Virus record (IMG/VR): IMGVR_UViG_3300020349_000003
Reading direction: 5' to 3' (one strand)
From: a virus
Taxonomy: Duplodnaviria; Caudoviricetes
Length of the DNA: 64,000 nucleotides
A program made the position numbers and the translations under genes. Each line of letters opens with the position of its first letter. The stretch's first letter is position 1. Positions 35,401-41,800 of the stretch are shown one piece after another. The notes under the pieces are model-generated. The model saw only the letters and a program-made list of their open reading frames with translations, did no database searches and was not told the origin of the DNA.

Positions 35401-38400
35401 CTACCAGGAGCAACATAACGATAATTCCAAAGTATAGTACCAGATGTATTAACTTTACCAACCCAGAAACTGTCTTTCTGTGCAGGATCAGACTTAAGTC
35501 TTAATGTAGCAGAAATATAGCACTCATTAAATTCATCAAATACAAGACTACCATCAACTAATGAATATACAGATGTGCTGTACTCTTTAATAAAGTCTAT
35601 GTTAATTGCACTAGTAGTTAAAGTCGCTTTACCAAATGCCATATTGACATCTGTAGTAGATTGATTTAATCCTACTTCCATTAAGAAGTATAATTCTGTA
35701 ACACCAGCAGTGGTCGTTATGACCTTCATATCTACAATCTTTTCAGACTTACTAGTAGATACAAGCTTTCTCTTAATAGCAAAATTACCAGTACTATCAA
35801 TAGATGCTAAGAATGCATCATATGGATTACTGGAGTTTGTATTAGTATAACCACCGATAATGAAACGAGTATCACTCCACTTCTGAATTGAAGACACATA
35901 GTCAGCACGAGTAGCACCAGAGATACCAGCATAACCTTTCTGGAACTGTAATCCAGCACTCAATCCATTTTCTGCCTGAGTATACTTAGCGAGTATAACA
36001 TCTGGATTATAATCATTAAGTAAAGTGCTATTTGGTTGATTATTACCAACTACCCAAACATCAAGACCATCTACATAAAGTTTTTGAAACTCTGTATAGA
36101 ATTGTCCATCAGTACTCTCTAAAGTATTCTCCCACTCTTTAACACCTGTAGCAGATAACTTAGAAACAAAACCTACTGTATTTCCAACAGCATCCTTTGT
36201 TTTACCACAAATAAAGATCTCTTTATTATCACTAACATAAGAATCATTAATCTTAACATAATTTTGATTTTCGATTTTAGAAAGATAATAATCTGCTTTC
36301 TTAAAGACCTGTGGATGAGATAATATAACACGAGGATTTGATGTATATCCAGAACCAGAATTTAAAATATTAACCGTATCAATTGCACCAACAGTTGATA
36401 CAACTGCTTCTAATTTTCCAGCACTACCATCACCATCAATTGTAATAGTTGGTGGAATATCTGTATTATATCCAGAACCTCTTTGATCAATAACAATCTC
36501 TTCTATACCTTTATATTGACGAACTACAAACGTTTTGTTTGTGTTCTGCATTATAGGAGTATAATCTATATAAACAACGTCACTAGCAACTAGATTATGA
36601 GGATCTGCTGTTTGTAAAACACCGTAGTTAGCACCACTAATATTCTCGAAACTATATGCAGCAACACTTTCACCCTTAATTTTTGAAATACGAGCAGATA
36701 CACCAGATCCATCAGTATCAGTATTATCAAATATTAATCTATCATCTACCTGATAATTCTTACCTGTGTTCTCAACAGTAAATCCAGTAACAGAAGCATC
36801 TTCAAATTTAGTTGTTGTCTCAACTTCAATATCAACTTTAGAGTCAAATTTAACTTTAGGGAAGTAATCAAATAACTGTAAAGGTGACTCTTCAAACATT
36901 TGATCAGGATCTGCAGTCTCTTCTGCACCTATAATACCATCTCTATTTTCATCTTCCACTTCAAACAACAAGATTTCTCCATCTTCAGTTGTTAAAGCAG
37001 CAGTAGAAGCATTGGGTGTTCTTTCAACATCAATATCAACATTTTCATATGGGTCTCTATAACGTACAACTCCAGTTGGTATATTCTGCTGAATTGCATT
37101 TGCACTAAGATTCCAAGAATCAACAACAGAGTTAAAACTTGGTCCTATAACATATGGGAATAATGGAGCACCTGCATCGGTAGCATCAATAGTAACAAAG
37201 TAGCAGTAGTTACCATTAGGAAAATCGGGGGTTTTACAGAAACGACCATTATACTGGTCTAAGTCACCTAATCCAAAACTATACTCATAGTCTTCCACAA
37301 AATTACCAGAAGGTTCTTCTGTTAATAAAGGACCAGCAGTTCTATTTGGATTGGGGTTAGTTGTATCATCATATACTAATTCATCCTTCAATTTGTATGA
37401 AGTTCTAAGTCTAACAGTAGCAGAACTTTGGTCAGTAGGATCATTGTATCCATAAGGACCATAAATTGGGTTACCATCAAATGCCCAACCGATAATTGGA
37501 GAGTGATTTAACTGCTCTTCTTGCTCAAGAATATTTCCTGTGCCAATTTCTTCATAAAGGTTATCACCAAGAATGTATCTCATTTTTTGTGGGTTTGATA
37601 GGTGAGCATATTCACCACCATACTCATTATTATAACCAGTAAATACAGAACCCTTAGCAGTGTCAAACTGTGAAGTTGCTTGAAGGTTGTAGTTCCATTG
37701 GAATACATTTGCAGTAAAGGTAGCATTTTGACCAACAGAAGTCAAATTGATAATGGTAGTACCTTGAACGTAGTTAATACCTTTGTTTACAATCTCAATA
37801 TTGGTTACTCTTCCAGCATTTTCACCATCTGTATCAATAGTTGCTCTTGCAATCGCACCAAATCCAACACCCTGAATAGATACTTCAGGTGCAGTAGTAT
37901 ATCCAGATCCAGCAGAAATGATAGCAATAGATATAATTCTACCATCATTAACAATGGCTTGTGCAACAGCACCTCTACCAGAACTTAATGTTACTGTAGG
38001 ACTAGAAGTATATTCTACACCACCATTATTAATACCAATTGACTGAATAGGTCCACGAACAGATGCAGTACCAGCAGCACCAGCACCTTCTCCACCAACA
38101 ATAGTAATAAGTGGTTGTGAAGTATATCCAGAACCACCTGAGTTGATTAGAATACGTGAAACTGACCCTTTGGTTATAATAGCAGTTGCAGCAGCACCAG
38201 AACCACCTCCTCCGACGATTGATACTAATGGGGAAGAAGTGAATCCAGAACCACCAGCAGTTACAGTAATTTCACTAAGAGAACCATTAACTATAACACT
38301 AGCAGTTGCACCTTCTCCACCACCACCTGTCATAGTAATCGCAGGAGGAGATGCAGCATCATACCCAGAACCAGCATTAGTGATACTAACATCGGTTACA

Positions 38401-41400
38401 GCACCAAAGGTTTTTGCTTCAGTTGACTTATAAGACCAAATTGATACACCATTAACCCAAGTACCTATCGGACCTGAAGTAATAGCATTCTTAGTTGAAA
38501 TAGTAGTAGGTATTTTAGGGAACCTATTTAATTTACGTTGGTTGCCTGGAAGAAGAGCAGAACCTGGGAAAGGTCCAATTTCATAGTTAGGAATACCTGT
38601 AGAGGCAACATAAACATAATCATCATTAAAGAATGAGTTTTGTATGTTTGTAGTATAAGGACTAACTGCATTATTAACAGCAGAATTAATAGATTTACCT
38701 TTGTTAAGGTCAACAGATACTAGAATATTACCTTGTGGTATAACAGTAGCAGGTTGAGGTAGATTATACTGGAAAATAACGTCGCTGTCCCTAGAAGTGA
38801 CTAAGAACGTTCCGTTATAGATGATTGGGTTAGCACCATAAATGGTAACTTGGTCTCCAACTAATAAACCATGAGGATTGACACAAGTTATAGTAGCAGA
38901 CTGATTATTAACACCACCGTAAGTTACAGTTGAAACATCGATTAATTTTTTAACGTTATACAACCAAGTAGTCAGATCTGGTCCACTACCAGTACCACCG
39001 AGCTTAGAAACTGTTAATTTGTCTCCAGGTAAGTAATAAGAACCAGTATCTGTTAATGTTGTTTGTTGAGCATCAACAATACCAACAATATTCATCACAA
39101 CTTCTTGAATTGTACCCTTATTAAGATATACTCTGAAATTAGATGTTACTTCAGTAGCAGAATCCCAATCTTCTTCAACACCATTAACTGAACGAGTACA
39201 TTCAATAAACTGGTTAAGTGATTTTTCTTTATACTGTACCAATTCAGATCCAGTACCAGTACCAATTATAAATTCACCGTTTCTTTCAGGCCAACCAATT
39301 GTAGAGTCAACTGTTATAATACCATCAGTTAAATTCAATGGTTCTGCAAGTTTAGTCTTATATGGAACTGTAAATGTACCATTAATAGTTTCTTCGGAAA
39401 GAACCAATTCGTATATTGTCTGTTCTGAAGTTTTAATTGAAATAAAGTTCTCAACAAGAGCACTTGCATCTTGAACATTACTATCTGCTATATCCCTATC
39501 TTGTATTAATAAAGCATCTTTTATATTACGAGAATCACCACTAACTAAAGTTGCCCGAAGAATTGTATCAATAGACCAAGTAGCAGCAGAAGGCTTAATT
39601 ATTTGGTCTTTTGGATATGAAATACTTACGGTTTCACCATATAGTAACTTAAAGAGGTATGCAATACTATAAGAAGTACCTTTAGATGAATAAAAGTCCT
39701 TAATAGTCTTAATTGAAGTTCTAACGTCTATTTGAGTATAATCTAGACTAGGTACATCAGGTAAGAACTGTTCTGTATACTTATCGAGTAATCTTTTAAT
39801 GAATAGAGCATCTAAACATTTAACAGTAGTATTTGTAGAAGCTGCAGCAGCTACAGTATCTCCTGAGAATACTGCATTACCATCTTCTGAATATTCTTTA
39901 ATTCCACTTGCTGCTCTAGCACATCCTACTAATTTTGCTTTACTATATCCAGCACCTTCCTGATTTACTGTAAATCCAGTAACTTCATTAAGTCCAACTG
40001 TAGCAGAAGCTTCTGCCGAAGGTGGTTGTTGAATAAAGATAGTTGGAGGTTCAGTTGCACTATACCCAGAACCAAAATTAGTTATATTAATATCAATAAT
40101 CTGACCATTGAAAATAGATGCAACAGCAGTAGCATTAGTACCACCAGCATAATTTCCTTGACCATCTAGTCTTTCGTCAACAATATAAACAGACGGAACA
40201 TCTTGATATCCACTACCACCACTCAAAAGTTCAATATTAGTTACTCTTCCATCACCATCAACTTGTGTTTGAAGGATCTGTGCTCCTGTTGGATCTATAA
40301 CAGCAACTCTAGGAGTTCCAGTATATCCTTGACCAGCATTTAATACATTTACACTAGTAAGCACACCATCAGTTAGAACTGCCTGTAATGATGCTCTAAT
40401 ACCATCTTCTTCAGTAGGTTCATCAATATAGATGATAGGAACAGTTGTATATCCAATACCACCATTACTTACAGTAATACCACCACTAATAGAACCATTA
40501 GATATCGTTGGAGGAGCAATTTGACCGCCTCCAGGCTGGGTAAAAGTAAGTCTAGGTGTGAATGTATACCCACTACCAGAATTAAGTATTTCTAAGTCAC
40601 TTACAGCACCATTTGTAACAGTTGCCTTTATCTTTGCTGTTGTAGAACCTGGTTTTGTAGGTGCTTGTACAGTAACTATGGGTGGGTTTGTATCACTATA
40701 TCCATATCCTCCATCAAGAAGAGATACACTCTTAGTACCATTAACTAATGCTGTAGCAGCAGCACCAGTACCAGTTGTTATCCTATCTTGTCCGATAGAA
40801 ACTTTTGGTGGATATTCAAACCTATAATCTTTACCGTTATTGGTTATAGATATCCCATTTACTCTTCCTAGACCATTAACACGTGCATATCCTATAGCAC
40901 CTGAACCGAAAGATGGAACTGGAGCTTCAACTGAGTAAAGAGATAAGAATCTACCATTTAGAGGTGCATTCTTAAATATAAACTGGTCTCCATCAAGGAA
41001 GAAATCATCACATGGGATAAGAAGCTCGTTATCGTATACTGCTAAAATATACTCATCTATAACAGGTTCGTATGGAACACCATCTCTTGTTATAGTGAAT
41101 TGACGCTTACCTTCACCAAAACTATTTGATATATTATCAATTGGAACAATATTACTCTCAACAAAACCACTCAAGTATGTAATAAAGGTTAAATCTGCAC
41201 CATCAGCATCGAGTTTTGTTCTAGGGGCAGATGTAAAGATTACATCAGTACCATCTACAGTATAATCGATATTAGGAACTAAAACTTCACCATAAGACTG
41301 CACAATTAAATGTTGTGCAGAAGGTGGAGCTACAGGATTATTCTGAGAAGTTAACGGAAAACTTGTACGAGATCCATCAAATAATGTTATAGGATTTGCA

Positions 41401-41795
41401 AGACCCAACCACTTTAATTTAACCTGTTCGTATGAAATACCTGGACTTAAAGCAATATGGGGTGAATGGCTTATGGATTCATAGTAAATTACTTCATCAC
41501 CAATCAATATAGATCCATCGCTCTCTAAAAATGGGTCTACAGTCTCTACTACTATCGTATCATCAGTCAATCCAAGAGGTTCTACTAGCTTCGATGCACC
41601 ATCAAGTATTCCTATATCCAGTTTATCAATATCTAGATATTGAAGGAAATTATTTAAAATATTTTGTCCTAGACCAGTTTTTTCCTGAGATCTATAATAA
41701 AATTCAATGAATTTATTAAAGAGAGGATACTCATCCTCGATAAACGCTGGAGTCAGTGACTTGACTGACTGGGATACTTTATTGATATTTGCCAT
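17439..41795 (-). CDS. gp7: Giant baseplate wedge initiator gp7-like protein (8118 aa)
   Basis: Follows gp6; YPLFNKFIEFYY, IKDFYSSKGT..LFKLLYGE and KIQDSYYYQDFSYAVKS...VHPASFKVFGE motifs. Also carries Gly-Tyr repeats, a YHYH-like domain, a propeller-like region, two LamG-like domains, helical repeats and nested beta modules. Confidence 0.9.
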   Translation of the reverse strand: MANINKVSQSVKSLTPAFIEDEYPLFNKFIEFYYRSQEKTGLGQNILNNFLQYLDIDKLDIGILDGASKLVEPLGLTDDTIVVETVDPFLESDGSILIGDEVIYYESISHSPHIALSPGISYEQVKLKWLGLANPITLFDGSRTSFPLTSQNNPVAPPSAQHLIVQSYGEVLVPNIDYTVDGTDVIFTSAPRTKLDADGADLTFITYLSGFVESNIVPIDNISNSFGEGKRQFTITRDGVPYEPVIDEYILAVYDNELLIPCDDFFLDGDQFIFKNAPLNGRFLSLYSVEAPVPSFGSGAIGYARVNGLGRVNGISITNNGKDYRFEYPPKVSIGQDRITTGTGAAATALVNGTKSVSLLDGGYGYSDTNPPIVTVQAPTKPGSTTAKIKATVTNGAVSDLEILNSGSGYTFTPRLTFTQPGGGQIAPPTISNGSISGGITVSNGGIGYTTVPIIYIDEPTEEDGIRASLQAVLTDGVLTSVNVLNAGQGYTGTPRVAVIDPTGAQILQTQVDGDGRVTNIELLSGGSGYQDVPSVYIVDERLDGQGNYAGGTNATAVASIFNGQIIDINITNFGSGYSATEPPTIFIQQPPSAEASATVGLNEVTGFTVNQEGAGYSKAKLVGCARAASGIKEYSEDGNAVFSGDTVAAAASTNTTVKCLDALFIKRLLDKYTEQFLPDVPSLDYTQIDVRTSIKTIKDFYSSKGTSYSIAYLFKLLYGETVSISYPKDQIIKPSAATWSIDTILRATLVSGDSRNIKDALLIQDRDIADSNVQDASALVENFISIKTSEQTIYELVLSEETINGTFTVPYKTKLAEPLNLTDGIITVDSTIGWPERNGEFIIGTGTGSELVQYKEKSLNQFIECTRSVNGVEEDWDSATEVTSNFRVYLNKGTIQEVVMNIVGIVDAQQTTLTDTGSYYLPGDKLTVSKLGGTGSGPDLTTWLYNVKKLIDVSTVTYGGVNNQSATITCVNPHGLLVGDQVTIYGANPIIYNGTFLVTSRDSDVIFQYNLPQPATVIPQGNILVSVDLNKGKSINSAVNNAVSPYTTNIQNSFFNDDYVYVASTGIPNYEIGPFPGSALLPGNQRKLNRFPKIPTTISTKNAITSGPIGTWVNGVSIWSYKSTEAKTFGAVTDVSITNAGSGYDAASPPAITMTGGGGEGATASVIVNGSLSEITVTAGGSGFTSSPLVSIVGGGGSGAAATAIITKGSVSRILINSGGSGYTSQPLITIVGGEGAGAAGTASVRGPIQSIGINNGGVEYTSSPTVTLSSGRGAVAQAIVNDGRIISIAIISAGSGYTTAPEVSIQGVGFGAIARATIDTDGENAGRVTNIEIVNKGINYVQGTTIINLTSVGQNATFTANVFQWNYNLQATSQFDTAKGSVFTGYNNEYGGEYAHLSNPQKMRYILGDNLYEEIGTGNILEQEEQLNHSPIIGWAFDGNPIYGPYGYNDPTDQSSATVRLRTSYKLKDELVYDDTTNPNPNRTAGPLLTEEPSGNFVEDYEYSFGLGDLDQYNGRFCKTPDFPNGNYCYFVTIDATDAGAPLFPYVIGPSFNSVVDSWNLSANAIQQNIPTGVVRYRDPYENVDIDVERTPNASTAALTTEDGEILLFEVEDENRDGIIGAEETADPDQMFEESPLQLFDYFPKVKFDSKVDIEVETTTKFEDASVTGFTVENTGKNYQVDDRLIFDNTDTDGSGVSARISKIKGESVAAYSFENISGANYGVLQTADPHNLVASDVVYIDYTPIMQNTNKTFVVRQYKGIEEIVIDQRGSGYNTDIPPTITIDGDGSAGKLEAVVSTVGAIDTVNILNSGSGYTSNPRVILSHPQVFKKADYYLSKIENQNYVKINDSYVSDNKEIFICGKTKDAVGNTVGFVSKLSATGVKEWENTLESTDGQFYTEFQKLYVDGLDVWVVGNNQPNSTLLNDYNPDVILAKYTQAENGLSAGLQFQKGYAGISGATRADYVSSIQKWSDTRFIIGGYTNTNSSNPYDAFLASIDSTGNFAIKRKLVSTSKSEKIVDMKVITTTAGVTELYFLMEVGLNQSTTDVNMAFGKATLTTSAINIDFIKEYSTSVYSLVDGSLVFDEFNECYISATLRLKSDPAQKDSFWVGKVNTSGTILWNYRYVAPGRDITMADRSSIDIFGDLNLAFSRHNTTTGVKTVDSVKIGYDGKIKNHSTNEFNQKRVEGITVHACNTDNSGDIYLSGQTQWNRNEFIFDFAANEQTDLTGHYTLTSVGGSNAVTYADNMAKIYGYQPAGSSSTWENSYLKVSGTDLATTLANDWTLEFFIYKSASASQTLSQGAQTLMGIGGAQDATGGLWLGYDNSTGELQMVVTNNTTALNAGSGISSSQTTMYADNSWQTIAVRKEGNIFKVFVNAIEVITGTLANTALGAKDLYFGNQIGFGSGASDFSQSKQGQFFIDNIRLRNRSVTPTVPSDISSLPPVASFAFAFAWTDTAWFTNNLTKYDYIDYNGWNLKVDKNADATRLGDKGLQTNTQLGFVRTEVTPLTGSSLVIGEADFALGDAGLQTLDFDDATITMTPGTETLTYTNDIWSSRTATVPSPGSQKLQVSAVVKDRYFFKVTNTIKIDNIQELTINQPFIFTTGSKLRLNNLSTGSFINSGYIIKSDIPNRKIYIAVQNNTWSDDLNNGILVSEQFDEQDTYGIVGPVPNDTNEMKAYTFAQVDNTTPGTFDIDMSTYDAPANIGGTNNLDDFARFKPFNVGDYSVRIDEIGGSSSFIVGSVVSLTSNDISFNANYNTCQITNLVGVTKITLISNLERILQVTAVNNSDEVYVITGTSHYLSPGEIVYVDGNPSQTNGGLVYDEYDGAFAIDTVVSPLEFTYKLPQTAITAPATNASTVGIFVKSPTLKMYYGHQYIFDLGHSTLEGGNLSFAKDNLYKLEYSFNSIERIGTPGLTGQGQPSPSVKLKVDNDIVTNISYYFDPSRTGSDSPVISDSYLDVTDSPYTGTFTISSTSGQTITRGADVFKFPLLNEPEGVGDISRTSYTTSSLKAVGAIGDIRIINPGGFYTKLPIVTGIGSTRKIERVQITEPGTEYAVGTYNGVPIGGDGEGGFVQITVADGQDDEGITIPGQIQQVLVTSPGKGYTSATIDVEGVSGILGSGLTGSGADLVVVIPPFGTEASIFTKGDKVGKIKKLKNNNFGYDYPHDYTLRPEITFPLNAQLTSTSILESITVTNPGSGYSLAPTVVITGGGGSGATAEATIKNGRLDVIEVKDPGAGYSSTPAVSLRSSFNYVVNLDLGLLQFAYPHGIVSGSEISVAVTDTGDGADYPLAAGATGRLNPNTTYYAISGAANSLEDDQLKIAITPQNAELGDALSFVNAGDGRQSILTESFGGAATANVVTSTFLEGELVYQGDSLETATAQGYVSINFGWQIGPRILKIVDYTGEFAELQKITGVISKSSGTISDLKFARGVLDIGSITKTTGQFIDDVGKPSEIIQKIQDSYYYQDFSYAVKSAVSISEWKEILIRNVHPASFKVFGELNLNEYGQIPNKDTFFELTKSVELAQEAIVPNIQNFALVEPIYTEFNNTEVLFRQKRLTSSENILTSVVQRVDDISEQFDGIKTSFPLTVNGGTVVANANQLMVVLNGVVQNPETAFTIQQDSIVFSEPPKPPASVKYASVTIAPIQGYEMVFNNASGIYPGLNNVIKGSSSDARFTVLKVVGTVVTGFITDGSFVLGELCNVVATGFAGNLASITPVGSIGLFTFGENITNLEGNTAKIESVNLETGQEMPIAKLRYSIGPSTTVFEVIDPTASTNQPVPTGTFTPNINYQVGSEIFTLISTVDNAESTSLTVVRNVLGTTAQNQQDNTPLYSTKIEVTDQLTLSKTAGTYTSSPGLFDIQLNDVIYGAQSGVIAQITATSAYQDPVTQEFIGQVDISPGSSFFGLLFNRITSQTYPNVVLDDIASSAVSIVDFTDNTTGYNGNFPSNEQINNYIIPFNNLTGTLQLNEEIRNYKIDYGNNTNEFVTGEDGKVRKMSFYDREGTGFFSSGQIIRSRDTKAEVIGFNQARNTVYLGKIGRTKSNGEDYFDFDFAGSAQIDTTQKKYGNASLQLTAGTTDYIFCQTTNEIAFGTGDFTFEFYIRPDSSSLSGTIDIFDTRVSSANEVAFRVYCESGQVRWNVNNADLVTSVGTTLSADTWAHVAYTRTGTTGKMYIDGVEVGTGTDNTTYVAKPLFIGVGYAFSTGYIGHIDEVRISDNIRYSTAFSPLAGIFQGDTNTKMLLHFDGKDGEQWVQDWSGSESFTKGEYFNNDAIISTVRYVGDHTFVPGTSNAALTFNDGTIKDVTAATYDGETGILVMTIGSHSFTTSNTVTIGANKLPFTCDKDNNATEHRYPRTSDPVHNTAIAITSVTGTTITVNVGRAVQKGFVGNTNRYYNAATLIESNLEFIAHEAVYLLEQKFPDFTVINGSANCQDDVKDICKSVAYDLRNGSNSKIWDAASYYVDRVDVNNVKLLNVEQEIVETVWTYGKLNQILRYIITNDAWDVQGHHGHKQKFDTSITESSGSAATKFTPTGAEYNASTGELKILKGSHGLFSNTSLSISGGGYNPVTGILTCTTSGAHNLTSTSKLQIEDEALTFTCSMDQNRSEHKYPRSSDHASQGWLDVTVVDSTTFSLDVGKTPDVIFNPTAATYSGSTGLLKMTIGEHRLRAGTNIKVATGSLPFRCTMDGLQDVKTYPRENDFIYQDSVPILYEGTSHTANAASYTPDSGLLTITVFNHGFAYGDKVRIVDESITFECLLDNNITQHRYPRSTDPSSGRLHKIVNVTTNTFDVNVGVSPDLSLHTFKSADPNGIIHKDNTITLDVGKTHNIAYDVSSANYTPVTGSLVITSSAPGSPGFGGHPNLMVGDSIRLRDGAFLFSCNMDGQSTDHAYPRLTDPARGTAVDVIDISEVDKTASDASYNPLTGMMTVTIGSQLNAPSTRNCTGAAYDPATGMLTITSSAHQVYNGNLVQLNDGAFIFRCGLDDETTDHYYPRSGDPARDQWLPAQNRTANTFDLFIGKSQDLSEHTCVGVTSNPCMKVSGEMVRFEEGAITFSCTKDGNATNHAYPRKTDPVFRRGWSVVEASTSTTFDVFVGRTVFGAYTHTFVSGVTNGVKVHNNAFTVNVGPSKFHGYTPSAATYDPATGIMDLTVGNHWIKDATNHTATDVNYIATTGVMTVTIPNHGFVIGDKIKVADNALSLTCSLDQHSSNHTYPRSTDPQSGKWMLISNVTDNTFDVNVGTSPQLDFNVSNATYDAVSGNLVITIGTHSLEVGTSIRLKDNSITFVCDYGGDGYSTQKSYPRSYGANTTDNEDYAYNTALNITAKDATTITVNVNQSPGTAISHSGTHNYHSSLTGAVITGGDYTHTFVSCVQNAITRAGDSVYIEQDSLTFRCDLDGQTTDKTYPRASGSNAPGGADYAYNTATAVQNVVTTSHTPTLAGYNPTTGMMTITMASHGLTAPTTKTAETGTAFNPATGELQITSTAHGFVTGDMVKIADNSLVFTCAEDGNATNHSYPRPSDFASGRFFPILRTSANSFNLTVGSAFGDQPISNNTTHVWVAATANGLIKANDKVRLDENAVTFTCAKDGDATNHAYPRRTDPSYFEWLPLDNVQTDTFDVFIGKSSDTSTHTFVSFVANSMKRPTGVITVDVGISSNTSTHAFQSASADAIKCGGQYTHVWKGGLTVDKAFTLGGDYTHEFVPGGEKFTITAAAFTPGTGSMTVTVPNHGFENGDMVKFDDGSITFRCLQDNYQTDHTYPRSTDPSSGTYLLVSSVTKDTFVVNVGTSSNTTTHQFQSAVANGLTRAVIRTGGAYTHTLTGAKGGCFTKKGKAISIDDHGLTMTCEYDDRGSNHKYPRTTDPSSKQVLPITKFDTNSFTVNVGPTSFNKNYKPYNPDSATYDPSTGLMQINLLAHDITTDDFVTIDNESLRFTCTMDNNQSIKSYPRPGHDVRTAGKEMAVTATDATSITVNVGTAGTNQTFTPSAATYDASTGDMTLTIGQHGMRKGSSIVIQNNTLQFTCDMDGNTATKTYPRATDPYGAEKSIPVTDVYYSSGTASNAAFVPSTGVMTITLTGHGLSNGDYIQLVDESLTFRCNLDGYTTDHKYPRATDPASGRWLAISNKTNDTFEVNVGISSDTSTHAFLSSTTNGVRAQNGMIKVNVGKSPIKGYNPSLAAGSTTAYNPNTGALTIDIGAHELSIGDGIKIAKQAFGFICAQDGGSTIHYYPRTSDWGYNKSHPITATTSTSVTIDVSNGAISNTTEHAFYTVYDKYTPTGITYSGWTGIMTVTTNVVHNMDAGEYVKFDDNSLTFTCTKDGNATEHRYPRATDPVSGKWLKVLSTGLTSYTFQVQVLDITPSTNVTTHTFVTGKTYATNCIKRAAVVTGGDYVHTYTGNASSNNVIYSPSSTHTFSSADPGAIKKVLTKHSFVSAVTDCVTVMDYSVADCVDVQATVENLIDIVTDTLESANATSPTDHLGLISKLTSDPENEFLGGRVYAFLEETFPISLHNATDDIIYATQIGGDNKYRFQDAADLVEANAGPIVDKASHDMLTLYPDLLLDMPRNADGSGNGTLQCKTDLALILSEFIKDLRQGGNFNTVNVAKRYLGANDVILHIRLQLFQSAYAHLRLAHYMKQAVTGNLTYENTDKIIVGDWGITQSTPMPFTATGAVYSPTSGSLEITIGSHSLIVGRYIQIENNSLTFSCDPGTGTANGTYPRPSGVAGTPDGKDYASGRNLKILAVTATTVTVNVNKEPDYPITNTAAHTFVSATANGIIAPGDCIDVQESIDSLVEIANDIIAPTNSDYAISADRLYFNRKSIGDEITTLVTNEFQFQLAEGGPLYNAFLYPEPGGVSTCARDIGLIMLGVISDLQTGGNNSTIAAMENYLSTAMQINFVEDELLATTYAIEQMKWLGEHAILNRLYTKDSNESPPAYNFNYTTIAAYRDSLLPIDMSPVVTRFRELVDLALNMLAPGKLAMRGAAKNLLYNQSYYKEEITTLVTQQFGASVWAYDDWLNTIVTNLVHDLITTDISDTTIGHNIKIENVTGAFQVGEMIFSERAAGGSAVVLEYKSEGSFLVVGNWYGTPWEANDKIEGTRSGVVANVQVGGVGYPYTWINKPANVRTIAFAKNIQSNIQGQVSAPNLFTNPEAIRSDWMPGYIVISDDFAQAPDGTQTAEKLIAYQSSGYHYTSRNYSLTSYDTWDDGTIKFDDTNNTFDEGGAATDDDNQQYTFSVFFKGDEFNKVRFGLVMDAGTVGQQDVFFDLDLASGTAGTLFQPQGGISGDAYGSVPYGNGWYRAYITTTISFGFSELRAQFLMYDATNSLSYLGDGASGMYMWGAKLSIGTIDPYTSQLGEVFYADTEYNVKTYALSALETYTSEAISDTLTSPSPAASYIKYFDSASASNYSNKTVTRCIRSNLDILKGQLGLDTFYTNITINNGITVPTYTYGTRNLPVGLGGGLNDSDYLYGLNSGAYAELENMTVNEGQIVQIYKRFRFDAVITDGPFWVGETIRKVSDNAVTGTVHSIWEDENYRYVDVIVNAGTFAALDVVESDRAQLPPTGQISVITDRIQIIDLKGTFSASVPFKAYTSGATATPTSFIRTEAAVLDNTGGTLTVDTETLQGSFETTSVVYPEVSRQYIEVSKFDGFDISVGDRIASAGYTRLGIAIISGLNEFTVGNRLYKVVGGIQDFDNYAIISEVDLDNNFLYIADFQGTPLTNGDLVGHYGVGNNFPVGYASVTTRVVTPGVGSALIQDIRDSGILKRVYLSDIKGTFVTKDAIISADNYKAIVVNKVALLARVKRAFKGFDGVQTTFKLTTGNGTQYLPDPAGHLLVFVNGILQPPGAANAYTAFSDSIEFTEPPELGASFTGFYVGKLRQLDDISFEFDSLRQSFNLKRNDVFYSLTLTDGVQSTTIRPENNIIVSLNGVIQEPGVGFELVGSRIIFSEIPRVGSTFVGFSYVGSEADVDAAEVIPPIEPGDFIDIQGETSDREVAVIESSNSLITFDYLGSVFGQNAQGQANLTSGFIDSVQVTSGGSGYTSRPNVRVDSISGFEGDINALVGVGGVVINNAGTGYNTPNIDVETSVPDDWTAPDLSLYGEELVDPEVLT
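22458..28200 (-). repeat. Block of 18 nested ~106-aa repeat modules within gp7 (protein-level repeat)
   Basis: 18 each of the segments YxPxTG..HG, TFxC..D...YPR..DP, VNVG and HTF; DNA copies are divergent. Confidence 0.85.
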
Positions 41796-41800
41796 CTAAG

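Noticed and set aside
37700-40900. GxGY..P...GGGGxGAxA repeats in gp7, gp8 and neighbours
   Set aside because: They appear to be ordinary tandem repeats typical of cyanomyovirus baseplate proteins; I saw no clear nesting
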